Shown here in pieces: positions 18,127-27,208 of a stretch of 64,000 nt of DNA. Source of the stretch: a virus. A program made the position numbers and the translations under genes. The stretch lies in the IMG/VR virus record IMGVR_UViG_3300021185_001231; one strand, written 5' to 3'. The first letter of the stretch is position 1; each line of letters starts with the position of its first letter. Below the pieces are notes generated by a model. It worked only from the letters and a program-made list of their open reading frames with translations, was not told the origin of the DNA and made no database searches.

Positions 18127-19182
18127 TTACGCTATCTCCAAATTCTGAGCTTCAATCATAAGTTCGGATAGTTCCGTCTTAATCCTATTCTTGTCTAGAT
18201 CAGTATCAACCATATCGATATACTTGTGTACCAAGTCAGTAGTGTCATCGATCTTTATATCACCATTGACAGCATCACCAACAAACTCTTTGAAGTTTTC
18301 TACAATTTTTAGTTCATGTATAGGTCGCATCTGAATACGATCAACAAACCTCTCGAAAGTTAAGGGATCTCCTTTATTAACGACAATCAGTTTAACAAAC
18401 TTATTATCAATTCCGGACAAGTCTTGGAACACATCTATAATTTCACTATTATAATAAATCTTTTCGTATATAGTAAGAGGATTGCGAATAGGTGTAAGTT
18501 CTCTAGTGTCAGTATCAAAAATATGAAAATACTTGTTATCGTTACAATCATTCCAGTAGAATTCCATCTGGGACCCTAGGTAGTAAATATTACCTCTAGT
18601 AGATCTAGCGTGGAAATGTCCAGTCATGACCATCTCAAATCTATCGAAATGAGTAGGGGACATTCCATCCCTACACTCTAGACCCCTGTCCATTTCAAAC
18701 CCAGTCAATTCTAAATGAGCTCCAACAATATCTGCCTTACAAGTTCTGATAAACTCTAGAGTATCCTCTTCATTCTCAGGGTTTATCCAAGGGATAAGGG
18801 CAATCTTACATCCGTCATAATCCATAACGCGAGGTTCTTCAATTAAATGAACCTCATTCATGTAATGACCCTGTAGTTCCTTTAATGCATTTAGGTCATT
18901 AGTGTTCTTATAGTAACAGTCGTGGTTGCCAGGAATTATATCCATAGTGATACCATAATCTCTTAGTTTTTCCAAGAACACCTTTCTATTCCTGTGGAGA
19001 GACTTGAAGTTTATGGTTTTCCTATTGTCATAGTAATCGCCCAAATGAAGTATCTGAGTTATGTTATTTTCTAGTAGATATGGAAAAAATATATCAGTGT
19101 AAAACCTTTCCTGATATTCCATAAAGATGTCGGAAGAATTTCTTGTACCACAATGAGTATCATTGAGAATAGCAATCTTCAT
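18127..19182 (-). CDS. gp47: Mre11/SbcD-like nuclease (gp47)
   Basis: DTH.G, HLGD, GNHD, GHFH metallophosphoesterase motifs. Confidence 0.96.
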   Translation of the reverse strand: MKIAILNDTHCGTRNSSDIFMEYQERFYTDIFFPYLLENNITQILHLGDYYDNRKTINFKSLHRNRKVFLEKLRDYGITMDIIPGNHDCYYKNTNDLNALKELQGHYMNEVHLIEEPRVMDYDGCKIALIPWINPENEEDTLEFIRTCKADIVGAHLELTGFEMDRGLECRDGMSPTHFDRFEMVMTGHFHARSTRGNIYYLGSQMEFYWNDCNDNKYFHIFDTDTRELTPIRNPLTIYEKIYYNSEIIDVFQDLSGIDNKFVKLIVVNKGDPLTFERFVDRIQMRPIHELKIVENFKEFVGDAVNGDIKIDDTTDLVHKYIDMVDTDLDKNRIKTELSELMIEAQNLEIA

Positions 19183-19209
19183 AATATAGTCCTATAAATT
19201 TATACGGTA

Positions 19210-19239
19210 ATTATACCATACTTCATAAGTAAATGTCAA
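19210..19239 (-). promoter_or_regulatory. sigma70-type promoter for gp47
   Basis: TTGACA-18-TATAAT. Confidence 0.7.
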
Positions 19240-19247
19240 GTGTTTTA

Positions 19248-19838
19248 TTACAAATAATCTGAGAGATCGGAATCGACTTTAACGGCTCTTCTTTTTCTTT
19301 TCTTTTCTTCCTTAGCGTAATCTTTGAAGTGACCATCAGCATCCTTTACAATATCAATTCTCTGTCGGAGGACATCAACAAATGGTTGGTTATGAATATG
19401 ACCATCTATGTTTTCTCCATTCACCAAAAAGTCTTCTATTGCAGCTTCAGAAATATACTTCATCTTTATATCTTGTTGACGTTTCTCATTCTGTATGCGA
19501 CGTAAGAATGCATACCAAGAAATCTGTGTGAAATATGCGAACGCATTAAGATTCCCCGAACGAGTTGCAGCTTCTGGATCAAACCTATTAATTGCTTTAA
19601 GACAGTTTTCTACAGCATCCATAACCATCTCTTCTCTATATGTGTATCGAACAAAGTTTGCTTTGTGTGATAGTCCCTCACATATTTTAAGAAAGCATTC
19701 AGCGATATAATCAGGAACTACTGGTTTGGATAGACCATCCTTTTCACTTTCTTTCACATGCAAAACATAATCTACTACAGCTTGACTGAATTGTTTATTG
19801 TTAACATAATGTGGTCTTTTAGATGCTTCACTTGCCAT
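19248..19838 (-). CDS. gp55: late-transcription sigma factor (gp55)
   Basis: HYVNNK.F, YTYREEMVMDAVENC, NAFAYFTQI..YAFLRRI. Confidence 0.96.
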   Translation of the reverse strand: MASEASKRPHYVNNKQFSQAVVDYVLHVKESEKDGLSKPVVPDYIAECFLKICEGLSHKANFVRYTYREEMVMDAVENCLKAINRFDPEAATRSGNLNAFAYFTQISWYAFLRRIQNEKRQQDIKMKYISEAAIEDFLVNGENIDGHIHNQPFVDVLRQRIDIVKDADGHFKDYAKEEKKRKRRAVKVDSDLSDYL

Positions 19839-19873
19839 AATATTAGTTCCATTTATATTTGTTAATAGTGTGT

Positions 19874-19902
19874 ATTATACACTATTTTATGTTTTTTGTC
19901 AA
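19874..19902 (-). promoter_or_regulatory. sigma70-type promoter for gp55
   Basis: TTGACA-17-TATAAT with TAGTG extension. Confidence 0.85.
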
Positions 19903-19927
19903 TAACTAAATTTATTTTAAAAAGTGC

Positions 19928-19956
19928 TTGACAATACTTGTCTTATCGTGTATAAT
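19928..19956 (+). promoter_or_regulatory. divergent perfect sigma70 promoter with no sense ORF downstream
   Basis: Plus strand TTGACA-17-TATAAT. Confidence 0.7.
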
Positions 19957-19992
19957 ATATCTACTGCTCCGGAGGGATGAATAGAACAAAAA

Positions 19993-20388
19993 CTAATGTA
20001 TAATAGTTTTCTTATTCACCTCACCAACGATTTCTTTTAACCAGTCTTCTACATTTTCATCTAAAACAAGTTCCTCTTCAGGATCGTTTAATAATTTATC
20101 CATCTGTTCTAGAGCTACATCATATTGAAGTATCATTTCTTTAGTGGGAACACCGAAAGCCATCATATGAGGAGTCATTAACATAATGACTTGAAGCAAT
20201 CCATCCTGATAGGTCATGTAAGAACTAAAAGTAAAATACTTATGATTTTCTTTAGTTAATTTTTCCGTAAGCTTTAAAGCATTTCTAACAATAAAGTGTC
20301 CTTTATGTTCTTCTAGAACCTCACAAATTATTTCGTCGCCATTAGACATTTTTAATTGACGAACATCTTTTTTAACTTTCATCATCAT
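19993..20388 (-). CDS. hypothetical protein (possible Sm-like fold)
   Basis: KMSNGDEIICEV N-terminus typical of small T4-like proteins next to uvsW. Confidence 0.6.
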   Translation of the reverse strand: MMMKVKKDVRQLKMSNGDEIICEVLEEHKGHFIVRNALKLTEKLTKENHKYFTFSSYMTYQDGLLQVIMLMTPHMMAFGVPTKEMILQYDVALEQMDKLLNDPEEELVLDENVEDWLKEIVGEVNKKTIIH

Positions 20389-21883
20389 CCTTAAGTTGAG
20401 AAGTTTTCATATCAATAGGGTATATTTTATATTTAAACCCTTCCTTAGTATATATCTTAATCCTTTCAGCTGAATGTTTTAGGGTGAAGTTCTTATAACC
20501 CTTTTTATGAAAATCATCAGCAATATCAAATAACTTTGTAGTCTCTCCATTATCGGACTGTCTTAATCCACGACCAATACTTTGCAACACTTTTACTTGG
20601 GATTTACTTGGTGTCGCAAACACAATGTTGTGCAAGTTTTTAATATTTATACCAGTACTAAATGTACCAAGTGAAGCTACAATGATCGAGTCTTTCTGTT
20701 TCTCGACAATACTTCTTATAGATTCTCTGTCAGCTGCGCCAACTTCACCGGAGACATAAAATACCTTTCTATCCTCATCAACCGAATCCTTTATCTTATC
20801 AAATAAAACCTTTCCGTGTTTCTCAACAAACTGAAACATAACTAGAGTATTTCCTTTTTGATCTACGGCTAATTTAGTTATGAAATTATTTCTTGCATCA
20901 TTCGTAACAATCCAATCTATCTCTTCTTGATAAGTCTTACCGTCCATGAAATGACATATATCATTATGGTAACGTAACAACAAAACAGATATATCCAGAT
21001 CAGCTAATTGTTTGTCTTTCTGTAATTGCGCAGTACTAGTAACTTTAAATACAGGACCAAATAACCCTTCCAATACAAGTTTATTTGTTTCAGTCCCATC
21101 TAAAGTTCCGGTGGTTCCAAATCTATATTTTGCATTGATACATTTATCCATCATAGTAGATAAAGATTTTGCTTTAAACAAATGTACCTCATCACCAAAT
21201 ACAGCACCAAATTGTTCAAACCACTCAACACCAAATTTATAAATTGATTGCCATGTAGATATGATAATAGGTTTATCTGTAACTTTGTCTTTACCAGAGT
21301 AAATCATATGTACGTTTTTATCTACATCATAACCATAGTCAGAAAAATCTTTATACATCTGTTCCACTAAGGAAGTAGTAGGTACGATGATTAATGTTTT
21401 ATTTATTTTGTTATTTTCCTTGACAAAACGCATCAAGTTGTATATAATAAAGCTCTTACCGCTTCCGGTAGGAGAGAGTAACAAACATCTTTTATTTTCT
21501 ATGCCATGCGTAATGGCTTTGTATTGGTAGTCTCTAGACTCAAATGGCAAGTCCCAACTAGTCATAGTTTTTATTAAAGAAGGGTGATCAATTTCCTCTT
21601 TCGATGAGGGTATTCCATATTCTGGATGATCTAGGATTTCCATTGGATAAAATCTATCTGCGCAAAATCTTCGAAGATGTGTATATAACCCGACATGCAT
21701 CTCTTTAGTTATCTGGTTATATAACTTTATTCGACCATCCCATTGTTTACGTTTATAAGCGGGCATGTATTGATAACCCGGCACAAAGAAAGCAAAGTAC
21801 TCCCTCAGTTCTTGGTCAATAGAAGGATGCGCAGACACAAGAAGTTGCGCATGATTCTTCATTTGTATTTGAATTTTTTCCAT
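20372..21883 (-). CDS. uvsW: SF2 DNA/RNA helicase UvsW
   Basis: RDYQ, SPTGSGKS, DEVH, TTGTL, QSIGRGLR. Confidence 0.96.
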   Translation of the reverse strand: MEKIQIQMKNHAQLLVSAHPSIDQELREYFAFFVPGYQYMPAYKRKQWDGRIKLYNQITKEMHVGLYTHLRRFCADRFYPMEILDHPEYGIPSSKEEIDHPSLIKTMTSWDLPFESRDYQYKAITHGIENKRCLLLSPTGSGKSFIIYNLMRFVKENNKINKTLIIVPTTSLVEQMYKDFSDYGYDVDKNVHMIYSGKDKVTDKPIIISTWQSIYKFGVEWFEQFGAVFGDEVHLFKAKSLSTMMDKCINAKYRFGTTGTLDGTETNKLVLEGLFGPVFKVTSTAQLQKDKQLADLDISVLLLRYHNDICHFMDGKTYQEEIDWIVTNDARNNFITKLAVDQKGNTLVMFQFVEKHGKVLFDKIKDSVDEDRKVFYVSGEVGAADRESIRSIVEKQKDSIIVASLGTFSTGINIKNLHNIVFATPSKSQVKVLQSIGRGLRQSDNGETTKLFDIADDFHKKGYKNFTLKHSAERIKIYTKEGFKYKIYPIDMKTSQLKDDDES

Positions 21884-21901
21884 AATATATCTATACGAAT
21901 G

Positions 21902-22366
21902 TTAACCGCCCGCCTCGAACTGTTTCCACCTTATAATATTACCAATTGTCTGGTGTCTCCACTTCAGAGAGTCAACTATCTCTGTTAGAGTCTGTATCAT
22001 AATTTTATAGTATTGAACCTTTTCGTCAGCTTCCTGTATTTCTGGATCAGAATTATAATAATAATCCATGTCACCTTTGAGAATTTTTAGTCCATTAAAA
22101 GGATCTGGTTGCCATCCTTTAGAAAGAATAGAATCTTGATCCATCTTACCGTTATAATACAACCACTTGTCTTTCAACAAGTTTTGTTGTGAGTTTTCTA
22201 TCCTCTTAAGTTTCAACTTAGTTAAAGATAATACTTGCAGATATTTTGCATGAAGACTGGGCGTCTGTCGTGAGACCTCATCTAATTGATGTTGAGGTAT
22301 CTTACAATCATCTTCCCATTCTTTCATTATAGATTCTAAATCTAATAACATAATATAATCCTTCAA
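21902..22366 (-). CDS. uvsY: recombination mediator UvsY
   Basis: LHAKYL, KWLYYNGK, YYNSDPEI, I.NIIRWKQFEAG; adjacent to uvsW. Confidence 0.9.
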   Translation of the reverse strand: MKDYIMLLDLESIMKEWEDDCKIPQHQLDEVSRQTPSLHAKYLQVLSLTKLKLKRIENSQQNLLKDKWLYYNGKMDQDSILSKGWQPDPFNGLKILKGDMDYYYNSDPEIQEADEKVQYYKIMIQTLTEIVDSLKWRHQTIGNIIRWKQFEAGG

Positions 22367-22370
22367 TAAT

Positions 22371-23009
22371 TCATTTAGTACTTATATGTTCAATACAGTC
22401 CTGCCAGTAGGACTTATCATGACCTAAAACATAGGAAAGAGTAATCCTAGGACAATAGGTTCTAGCTGCATGGTAAACAACATTTCCACTATCATACGAT
22501 CCAAAGTATCCAGCCTTAAGTGTCCAACCGGAAGAATCTTCCATTGTAATCAACTCATGTGTCTTGGGATCTATATATTTAAACCAACCCTCACCAGTCT
22601 CGGACCATGTTAGGATAAGATTATATGCTGAAGCGTTTGCGTTGTTATGCCAACCAATAAATCCATTAGATGGATAAAACTGACTCAAGGCGGAATTTTG
22701 TGTACCTAACTCAGATTGAATTAAGTAGTTGAGATTGGAATAGTCCAAATTATATCTAGAATCTTTTCCATTATAATGATCAGGTTTTATCGCAACCGAA
22801 TAGGACTTTTCAGCTGCACCACTATGATTTTCTTTCATAGATATTATTTGGCGCATAAAACCTTCGCCAGTATACCAGTCAGCCTCACCTTCAAACTCCG
22901 GAGAAAAAATGGTGTTGGTCTTTATGATGTCGTATTTTTCAATGTATGTGTAACGAAACTGTTCGAGAATGTCGATCAATTCTTCATTACGTATTTCATA
23001 ATTTTTCAT
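22371..23009 (-). CDS. 2OG-Fe(II) oxygenase-like protein (HxN variant), paralogue of 53794..54501
   Basis: YP..GFIGWHNNANA, YHAA, RITLS double-stranded beta-helix pattern. Confidence 0.55.
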   Translation of the reverse strand: MKNYEIRNEELIDILEQFRYTYIEKYDIIKTNTIFSPEFEGEADWYTGEGFMRQIISMKENHSGAAEKSYSVAIKPDHYNGKDSRYNLDYSNLNYLIQSELGTQNSALSQFYPSNGFIGWHNNANASAYNLILTWSETGEGWFKYIDPKTHELITMEDSSGWTLKAGYFGSYDSGNVVYHAARTYCPRITLSYVLGHDKSYWQDCIEHISTK

Positions 23010-23533
23010 TATATAATCTCAAATTGAGCGAATCTAAACGTTGCATTAAACGTTAGATATGTTACATCTCCTGTAGTAGCATTTAAATCAATGGCACTTA
23101 ACGCCGTTGGAATACAGTCTTGATATTTAATCTTCACAGATTGATTATTTTGACTAGACAAAACTATAACAGTTATGTCTGAATATATTGATGATACCGG
23201 AGTCTCTAGTATTCCTCTGGTATTTGTTTCTATTGTTCTCTCCAACCAAGATTGCATCTCTTTATAACCAGTCATATCTTCATCTAAGATAAGAGTAAGT
23301 TCTAATTCTGAATACGTAATCTTGTCTCCAGCTAGAGGGACTGAAGTTATTTGTCTGACAGGAAGGTCTACTACATTCACTGTAGCGCCGGGATGCATCA
23401 CTGACTGCGCAAAATATTGTAGATTTGCATAGTACCCTTTATTGATGACAATGCGAAACCCAGTAGGCTGTAGAAATCCTTTATTCTCTGTTAGAGTACT
23501 TTCTAGTATTCCTGTAGTAGTTGTGACTGGCAT
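23009..23533 (-). CDS. gp3: tail completion/sheath stabiliser (gp3)
   Basis: FLQPTGF, PG, GDKITYSEL...LDEDM..Y.E...W, F.ATF; position after gp23. Confidence 0.85.
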   Translation of the reverse strand: MPVTTTTGILESTLTENKGFLQPTGFRIVINKGYYANLQYFAQSVMHPGATVNVVDLPVRQITSVPLAGDKITYSELELTLILDEDMTGYKEMQSWLERTIETNTRGILETPVSSIYSDITVIVLSSQNNQSVKIKYQDCIPTALSAIDLNATTGDVTYLTFNATFRFAQFEII

Positions 23534-23558
23534 GATAACCTCTTTTAATCTATACCTT

Positions 23559-23566
23559 TATTTATA
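23559..23566 (-). promoter_or_regulatory. T4-type late promoter
   Basis: TATAAATA upstream of gp3. Confidence 0.8.
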
Positions 23567-23579
23567 CAAAAATTAAGAT

Positions 23580-23606
23580 AAAAAAAAGGGAGACCGAAGT
23601 CTCCCC
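23580..23606 (-). terminator. intrinsic terminator after gp23
   Basis: GGGAGAC-TTCG-GTCTCCC plus U tract (cUUCGg tetraloop). Confidence 0.92.
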
Positions 23607-23644
23607 TAAAATGATCCCTTTTGGGGATTCTAGTTTTTATAATC

Positions 23645-24940
23645 TTATGCGAGGATGTTGTCCACACGGAAGATTCTGTAGTACTGGTTGGTTTTAGCAG
23701 CAGCTAGGTTATCTGAAGGAGTAGGTCCAACAAATGGGTTAGAAGTCATACCATAACGAGTCTTGAATCCGATTCGTGGCTGGAAGTCATTCTCACCGAC
23801 AGCTTTAACCATCTGTAGAGGTACATATGGGCAGTAGAAAATACCTGAGTCATATGGGTTAGTACCCTTATAACCGACAGTGATATAATCAGTAGTTGCG
23901 TATGGATCGATGTAAACCTTAGTACGACCATTAAGAACACCAGCAAAAGTATTACCAGTGTCGTCTACCTGTAGAGTAGTGCTCATAGCAGGAGTGTAGT
24001 CCAACATACCTGAAGCAGAAAGTGCAGTAGCAACGTCTGAAGAACAGATAACGATGTTACCCTTACCACGACGAGTTTCTTTAGCAATTACGTTCGCTTC
24101 ACGATCTAATTGTACAACTAGACCTTTGAACTTCTCAGCAGACCAACGGCCGTCAGCATCTGAAGAAAGATCAAAAATACCTTTCTTGGTAACGTTTGCT
24201 TGTTGTGCGCCAGTGATTGCCTGTGAGTTGATTGTACGGATAACTTCACGGTTGATTTCTGCAAGAATTTCAGTTGACAAGATGTTTGCCAATTCTGTTT
24301 CTGCATCCAAACCGTGGATAGCTTTCAAGTCTTGAGCAAGTTCAAGAGAGTATTCTGCTTTCAAAGCACGTGACTTTGCAGTAACAGTTGACTTCTCGAT
24401 AGTGAAACCCATCTCAGCGAAAGAGTTACCAGTGTTACCTAGAGCTTCAGCATCAGCTGTCTCCATTCCAGCAGCAGCAAGATCAGTTACTCGAGCGCCT
24501 TCAGAATCGATACCAGCAAAACCAGAACCGTCAGCAGGCTTGTTTGAACCGTCGCCAGAGAAACCAGTTTTAGCTTCGTCGAAAAATGCTTCGTCATTAG
24601 AAGTTGAACCGCCATTATATCTTGACTTCATAGCAAAGATAAGACCAGTAGGACCAGACATAGGTTGAACACCACAAACGTCATAAGCCATCAAGTTAGG
24701 CATTGCACGACGTACCAATGAGATCAATACTGGATCCCATCGTGACTGTGATGTAGTGTTATTTGCCGCAGTTTCAGTGATGAAACCAGACTCTTGTAGG
24801 TGTTGCTCGTTCATTGCTTTTTCTTGGTTCTCAAGAACGGCAGCAGTTACAGCTTTACGCTGATGATCTCGAATAGTTCCGGCACTCTCTTCATTCAGTA
24901 CTGGAGACCACTTTTCGATTAGTGTATCAAAAGATTGCAT
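23645..24940 (-). CDS. gp23: major capsid protein (gp23)
   Basis: GVQPMSGPTGLIFA, KSRALKAEYSLELAQDLKAIHGLDAE, FQPRIGFKTRYG. Confidence 0.98.
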   Translation of the reverse strand: MQSFDTLIEKWSPVLNEESAGTIRDHQRKAVTAAVLENQEKAMNEQHLQESGFITETAANNTTSQSRWDPVLISLVRRAMPNLMAYDVCGVQPMSGPTGLIFAMKSRYNGGSTSNDEAFFDEAKTGFSGDGSNKPADGSGFAGIDSEGARVTDLAAAGMETADAEALGNTGNSFAEMGFTIEKSTVTAKSRALKAEYSLELAQDLKAIHGLDAETELANILSTEILAEINREVIRTINSQAITGAQQANVTKKGIFDLSSDADGRWSAEKFKGLVVQLDREANVIAKETRRGKGNIVICSSDVATALSASGMLDYTPAMSTTLQVDDTGNTFAGVLNGRTKVYIDPYATTDYITVGYKGTNPYDSGIFYCPYVPLQMVKAVGENDFQPRIGFKTRYGMTSNPFVGPTPSDNLAAAKTNQYYRIFRVDNILA

Positions 24941-24952
24941 TTTAGTAATTCC

Positions 24953-25990
24953 TTATTTTTTAGAGGTTTTTCTAAGAGTAGTTAAGTAGTGCTCCATTAC
25001 TGAAGAAACTTCAACTTCTTCATCAGCTTCTTCAACAAGTGATTCAGCTTCATTGGTCTGCTCTACGATTTCTTTAGCGAAGTAAGATTCTTTGATAGTA
25101 GCAATTTTCTGAGTGAATTCTTCTTCACTTTCAAAATCAATGCTTTCTACAAGTCCTTTTAACTTCTCAGTTTGGGTGTCAGCTAGGTCACGACATGCTT
25201 CGGAGATAATAGACTCACGTTTGTAAGTTTCTAACTCTTCAGCTAGAGCAATTGCATCACCAGTAGTAGAATTTAACTTCTCTTCTAGTTCTGTAACTTG
25301 TTCTGATAGATCGTCAACTAGGTCAACTTTAGTTTCTGGTACTTCGACATAAGATTCTACAAATACGTCTCTCATCTTGGTCATAAAGTTCTCAGCAATT
25401 TCAGTACGGAGACCGTTCTGGATTGCAACCTTATTGTCTTCTACCCAAGACTCAACAACGTAGTTCAAGTATGAATCGACAGAAGAAACCAAATCTTCTT
25501 TGATTGTAGCAACTTCTTCCGCGAGTTCTTCCTGATACTGTTCTTCAAGTCGGTTAACTTCTTCAGATAACTTAGACTTGACAGCAGCTTCAAAAATTAC
25601 CGCAGTTTTTTCTTTGAACTCTTCTGAAAGAGTCGCTTCGCTTTGACATAGAGCATCGATTTCAGATGTAGTATCTGAACCTTCGATTACTAGGTCTTCA
25701 GCATCAACGCCTTCGCATACTTTTGAGTATGCAGCTTGTAGATCACCTTTCTTCATTTTGCTCATGCTTTTATACATAGCATTGATCATACCAGCTTTTG
25801 TTTTAGGCAAAGAAGTTTTAGTTGTCGCTTTTGTCGCCTTATCGACAGATGCAATAGATTCGTCTTCGCTTGGCGCTTTAACGTCTGTTGCTCCACCTTT
25901 AGGCTCTTGCGCTTCTTCGAGAGTTTCCTCCACGATTTCGTTAATATCTTCGTCGTGAAGTTCAACTTCGACTTTACTTTCTTCAGTCAT
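24953..25990 (-). CDS. gp22: prohead scaffold (gp22)
   Basis: Acidic helical; LSEEFKEK...IFEAAV, YL.YVVE.W; synteny. Confidence 0.92.
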   Translation of the reverse strand: MTEESKVEVELHDEDINEIVEETLEEAQEPKGGATDVKAPSEDESIASVDKATKATTKTSLPKTKAGMINAMYKSMSKMKKGDLQAAYSKVCEGVDAEDLVIEGSDTTSEIDALCQSEATLSEEFKEKTAVIFEAAVKSKLSEEVNRLEEQYQEELAEEVATIKEDLVSSVDSYLNYVVESWVEDNKVAIQNGLRTEIAENFMTKMRDVFVESYVEVPETKVDLVDDLSEQVTELEEKLNSTTGDAIALAEELETYKRESIISEACRDLADTQTEKLKGLVESIDFESEEEFTQKIATIKESYFAKEIVEQTNEAESLVEEADEEVEVSSVMEHYLTTLRKTSKK

Positions 25991-25999
25991 AATTGACTC

Positions 26000-26662
26000 C
26001 TATATTTTAGATTTGATTAACGAGAGGAAATTCTTAAACTCACGAATTTGCACTTCTGGACGATGCGCAACCGTTGCTTGTTTGATTTCAGTCTCCATCT
26101 CTTCAATTACTTGAGGTTCTAGAATCCCATTATTCCAAATCCAATCTACACCTTCCATTATACCATTAACGAAAGCATCAGGTGCACTTGGATCTTGTAC
26201 GATATCTACCGTACTAAGAATAAAGTCTTCTTTGACGTAGTTTACGCCATTTCTTGTCTCAAGACTTCCCATACCACGAGTTGAGACACCTAACTGTACA
26301 CCACCCTCAAGAAGACCTTTGACAATCTTTCCCATTGGGGTATCTAGTATTTGTGCCTTTCCGATCACATCATTGCCTTCTAATTTAAGGTCAGTGATGA
26401 GATGCGAAACTTTATCCAAGTTAACAGTTGGGCCTTCAGGATGATTTAACTCACCTACCGCCCTCTTCTTGTTAACCTGTTCGGTCACGTATTTTGATAC
26501 TGCCGATTCCATTATAGGTTTCGGGTATACACGACCATTACGATTCTTTTTGTCTGCTTGCGCAAAAACGCCTTCTATAACGTATGATTTCTCACCGTTC
26601 TCTTTGGCTTCCACAATGCATTGTACATCATTATTTTCATTAAACTCAGTAATAAGTTTCAT
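26000..26662 (-). CDS. gp21: prohead protease (gp21)
   Basis: NRNGRVYP, GELNHP, LGVSTRGMGS, DIVQDPSAPDA. Confidence 0.97.
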   Translation of the reverse strand: MKLITEFNENNDVQCIVEAKENGEKSYVIEGVFAQADKKNRNGRVYPKPIMESAVSKYVTEQVNKKRAVGELNHPEGPTVNLDKVSHLITDLKLEGNDVIGKAQILDTPMGKIVKGLLEGGVQLGVSTRGMGSLETRNGVNYVKEDFILSTVDIVQDPSAPDAFVNGIMEGVDWIWNNGILEPQVIEEMETEIKQATVAHRPEVQIREFKNFLSLIKSKI

Positions 26663-26889
26663 TATAGTTTACCGCCTAGTTCTTTTACCGTACTCTTGAG
26701 TGCTTTCATTGCTTCACCCTGAGACTTAAATACATCTAGTTTGTCACCATCAATGTAAACAGTGAAACCTTTAGGTTCCTTAATAATAGAGACAGAAGCT
26801 TTAGCAATACGTCCACCAGCCTTACCAGAAAAAACAACATCACCTTTCGGTTGTTTTCCTTTTTCTCTAATTTCTTTAAAAGATTTCAA
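26662..26889 (-). CDS. small basic protein (gp68 position)
   Basis: ORF coupled to gp21 and preceded by a late promoter. Confidence 0.6.
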   Translation of the reverse strand: MKSFKEIREKGKQPKGDVVFSGKAGGRIAKASVSIIKEPKGFTVYIDGDKLDVFKSQGEAMKALKSTVKELGGKL

Positions 26890-26907
26890 TTTAATACCTT
26901 TACTTAG

Positions 26908-26915
26908 TATTTATA
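26908..26915 (-). promoter_or_regulatory. T4-type late promoter
   Basis: TATAAATA. Confidence 0.8.
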
Positions 26916-26943
26916 CAAATTACATTCTTAAAATAAAAATATT

Positions 26944-27207
26944 TTATACTGCGTCTTCTTCCGCAACACTCTCTTCTTCAGAATCCTCTTCTTCCAACTC
27001 GGACTCCAACTCAGATTCTAAATCAGTTTCATTCTCTAAGGGTTCATTAAAAATATCAGATGCTACAACAACTTTTTCTGCATCCAGTGCAGTATTAACC
27101 TTGTCACCCAAAACACTAGAAAATATAGATTCAGCTCTATTGAATTCTTTTTCACCTACGGCATTAATAAAATCATTTATTGTCATTTCTTGATTATCTT
27201 CGTTCAT
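26944..27207 (-). CDS. acidic prohead core-like protein (gp67 position)
   Basis: Very acidic C-terminus, directly after portal; start likely MNEDNQ. Confidence 0.65.
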   Translation of the reverse strand: MNEDNQEMTINDFINAVGEKEFNRAESIFSSVLGDKVNTALDAEKVVVASDIFNEPLENETDLESELESELEEEDSEEESVAEEDAV

Positions 27208-27208
27208 A

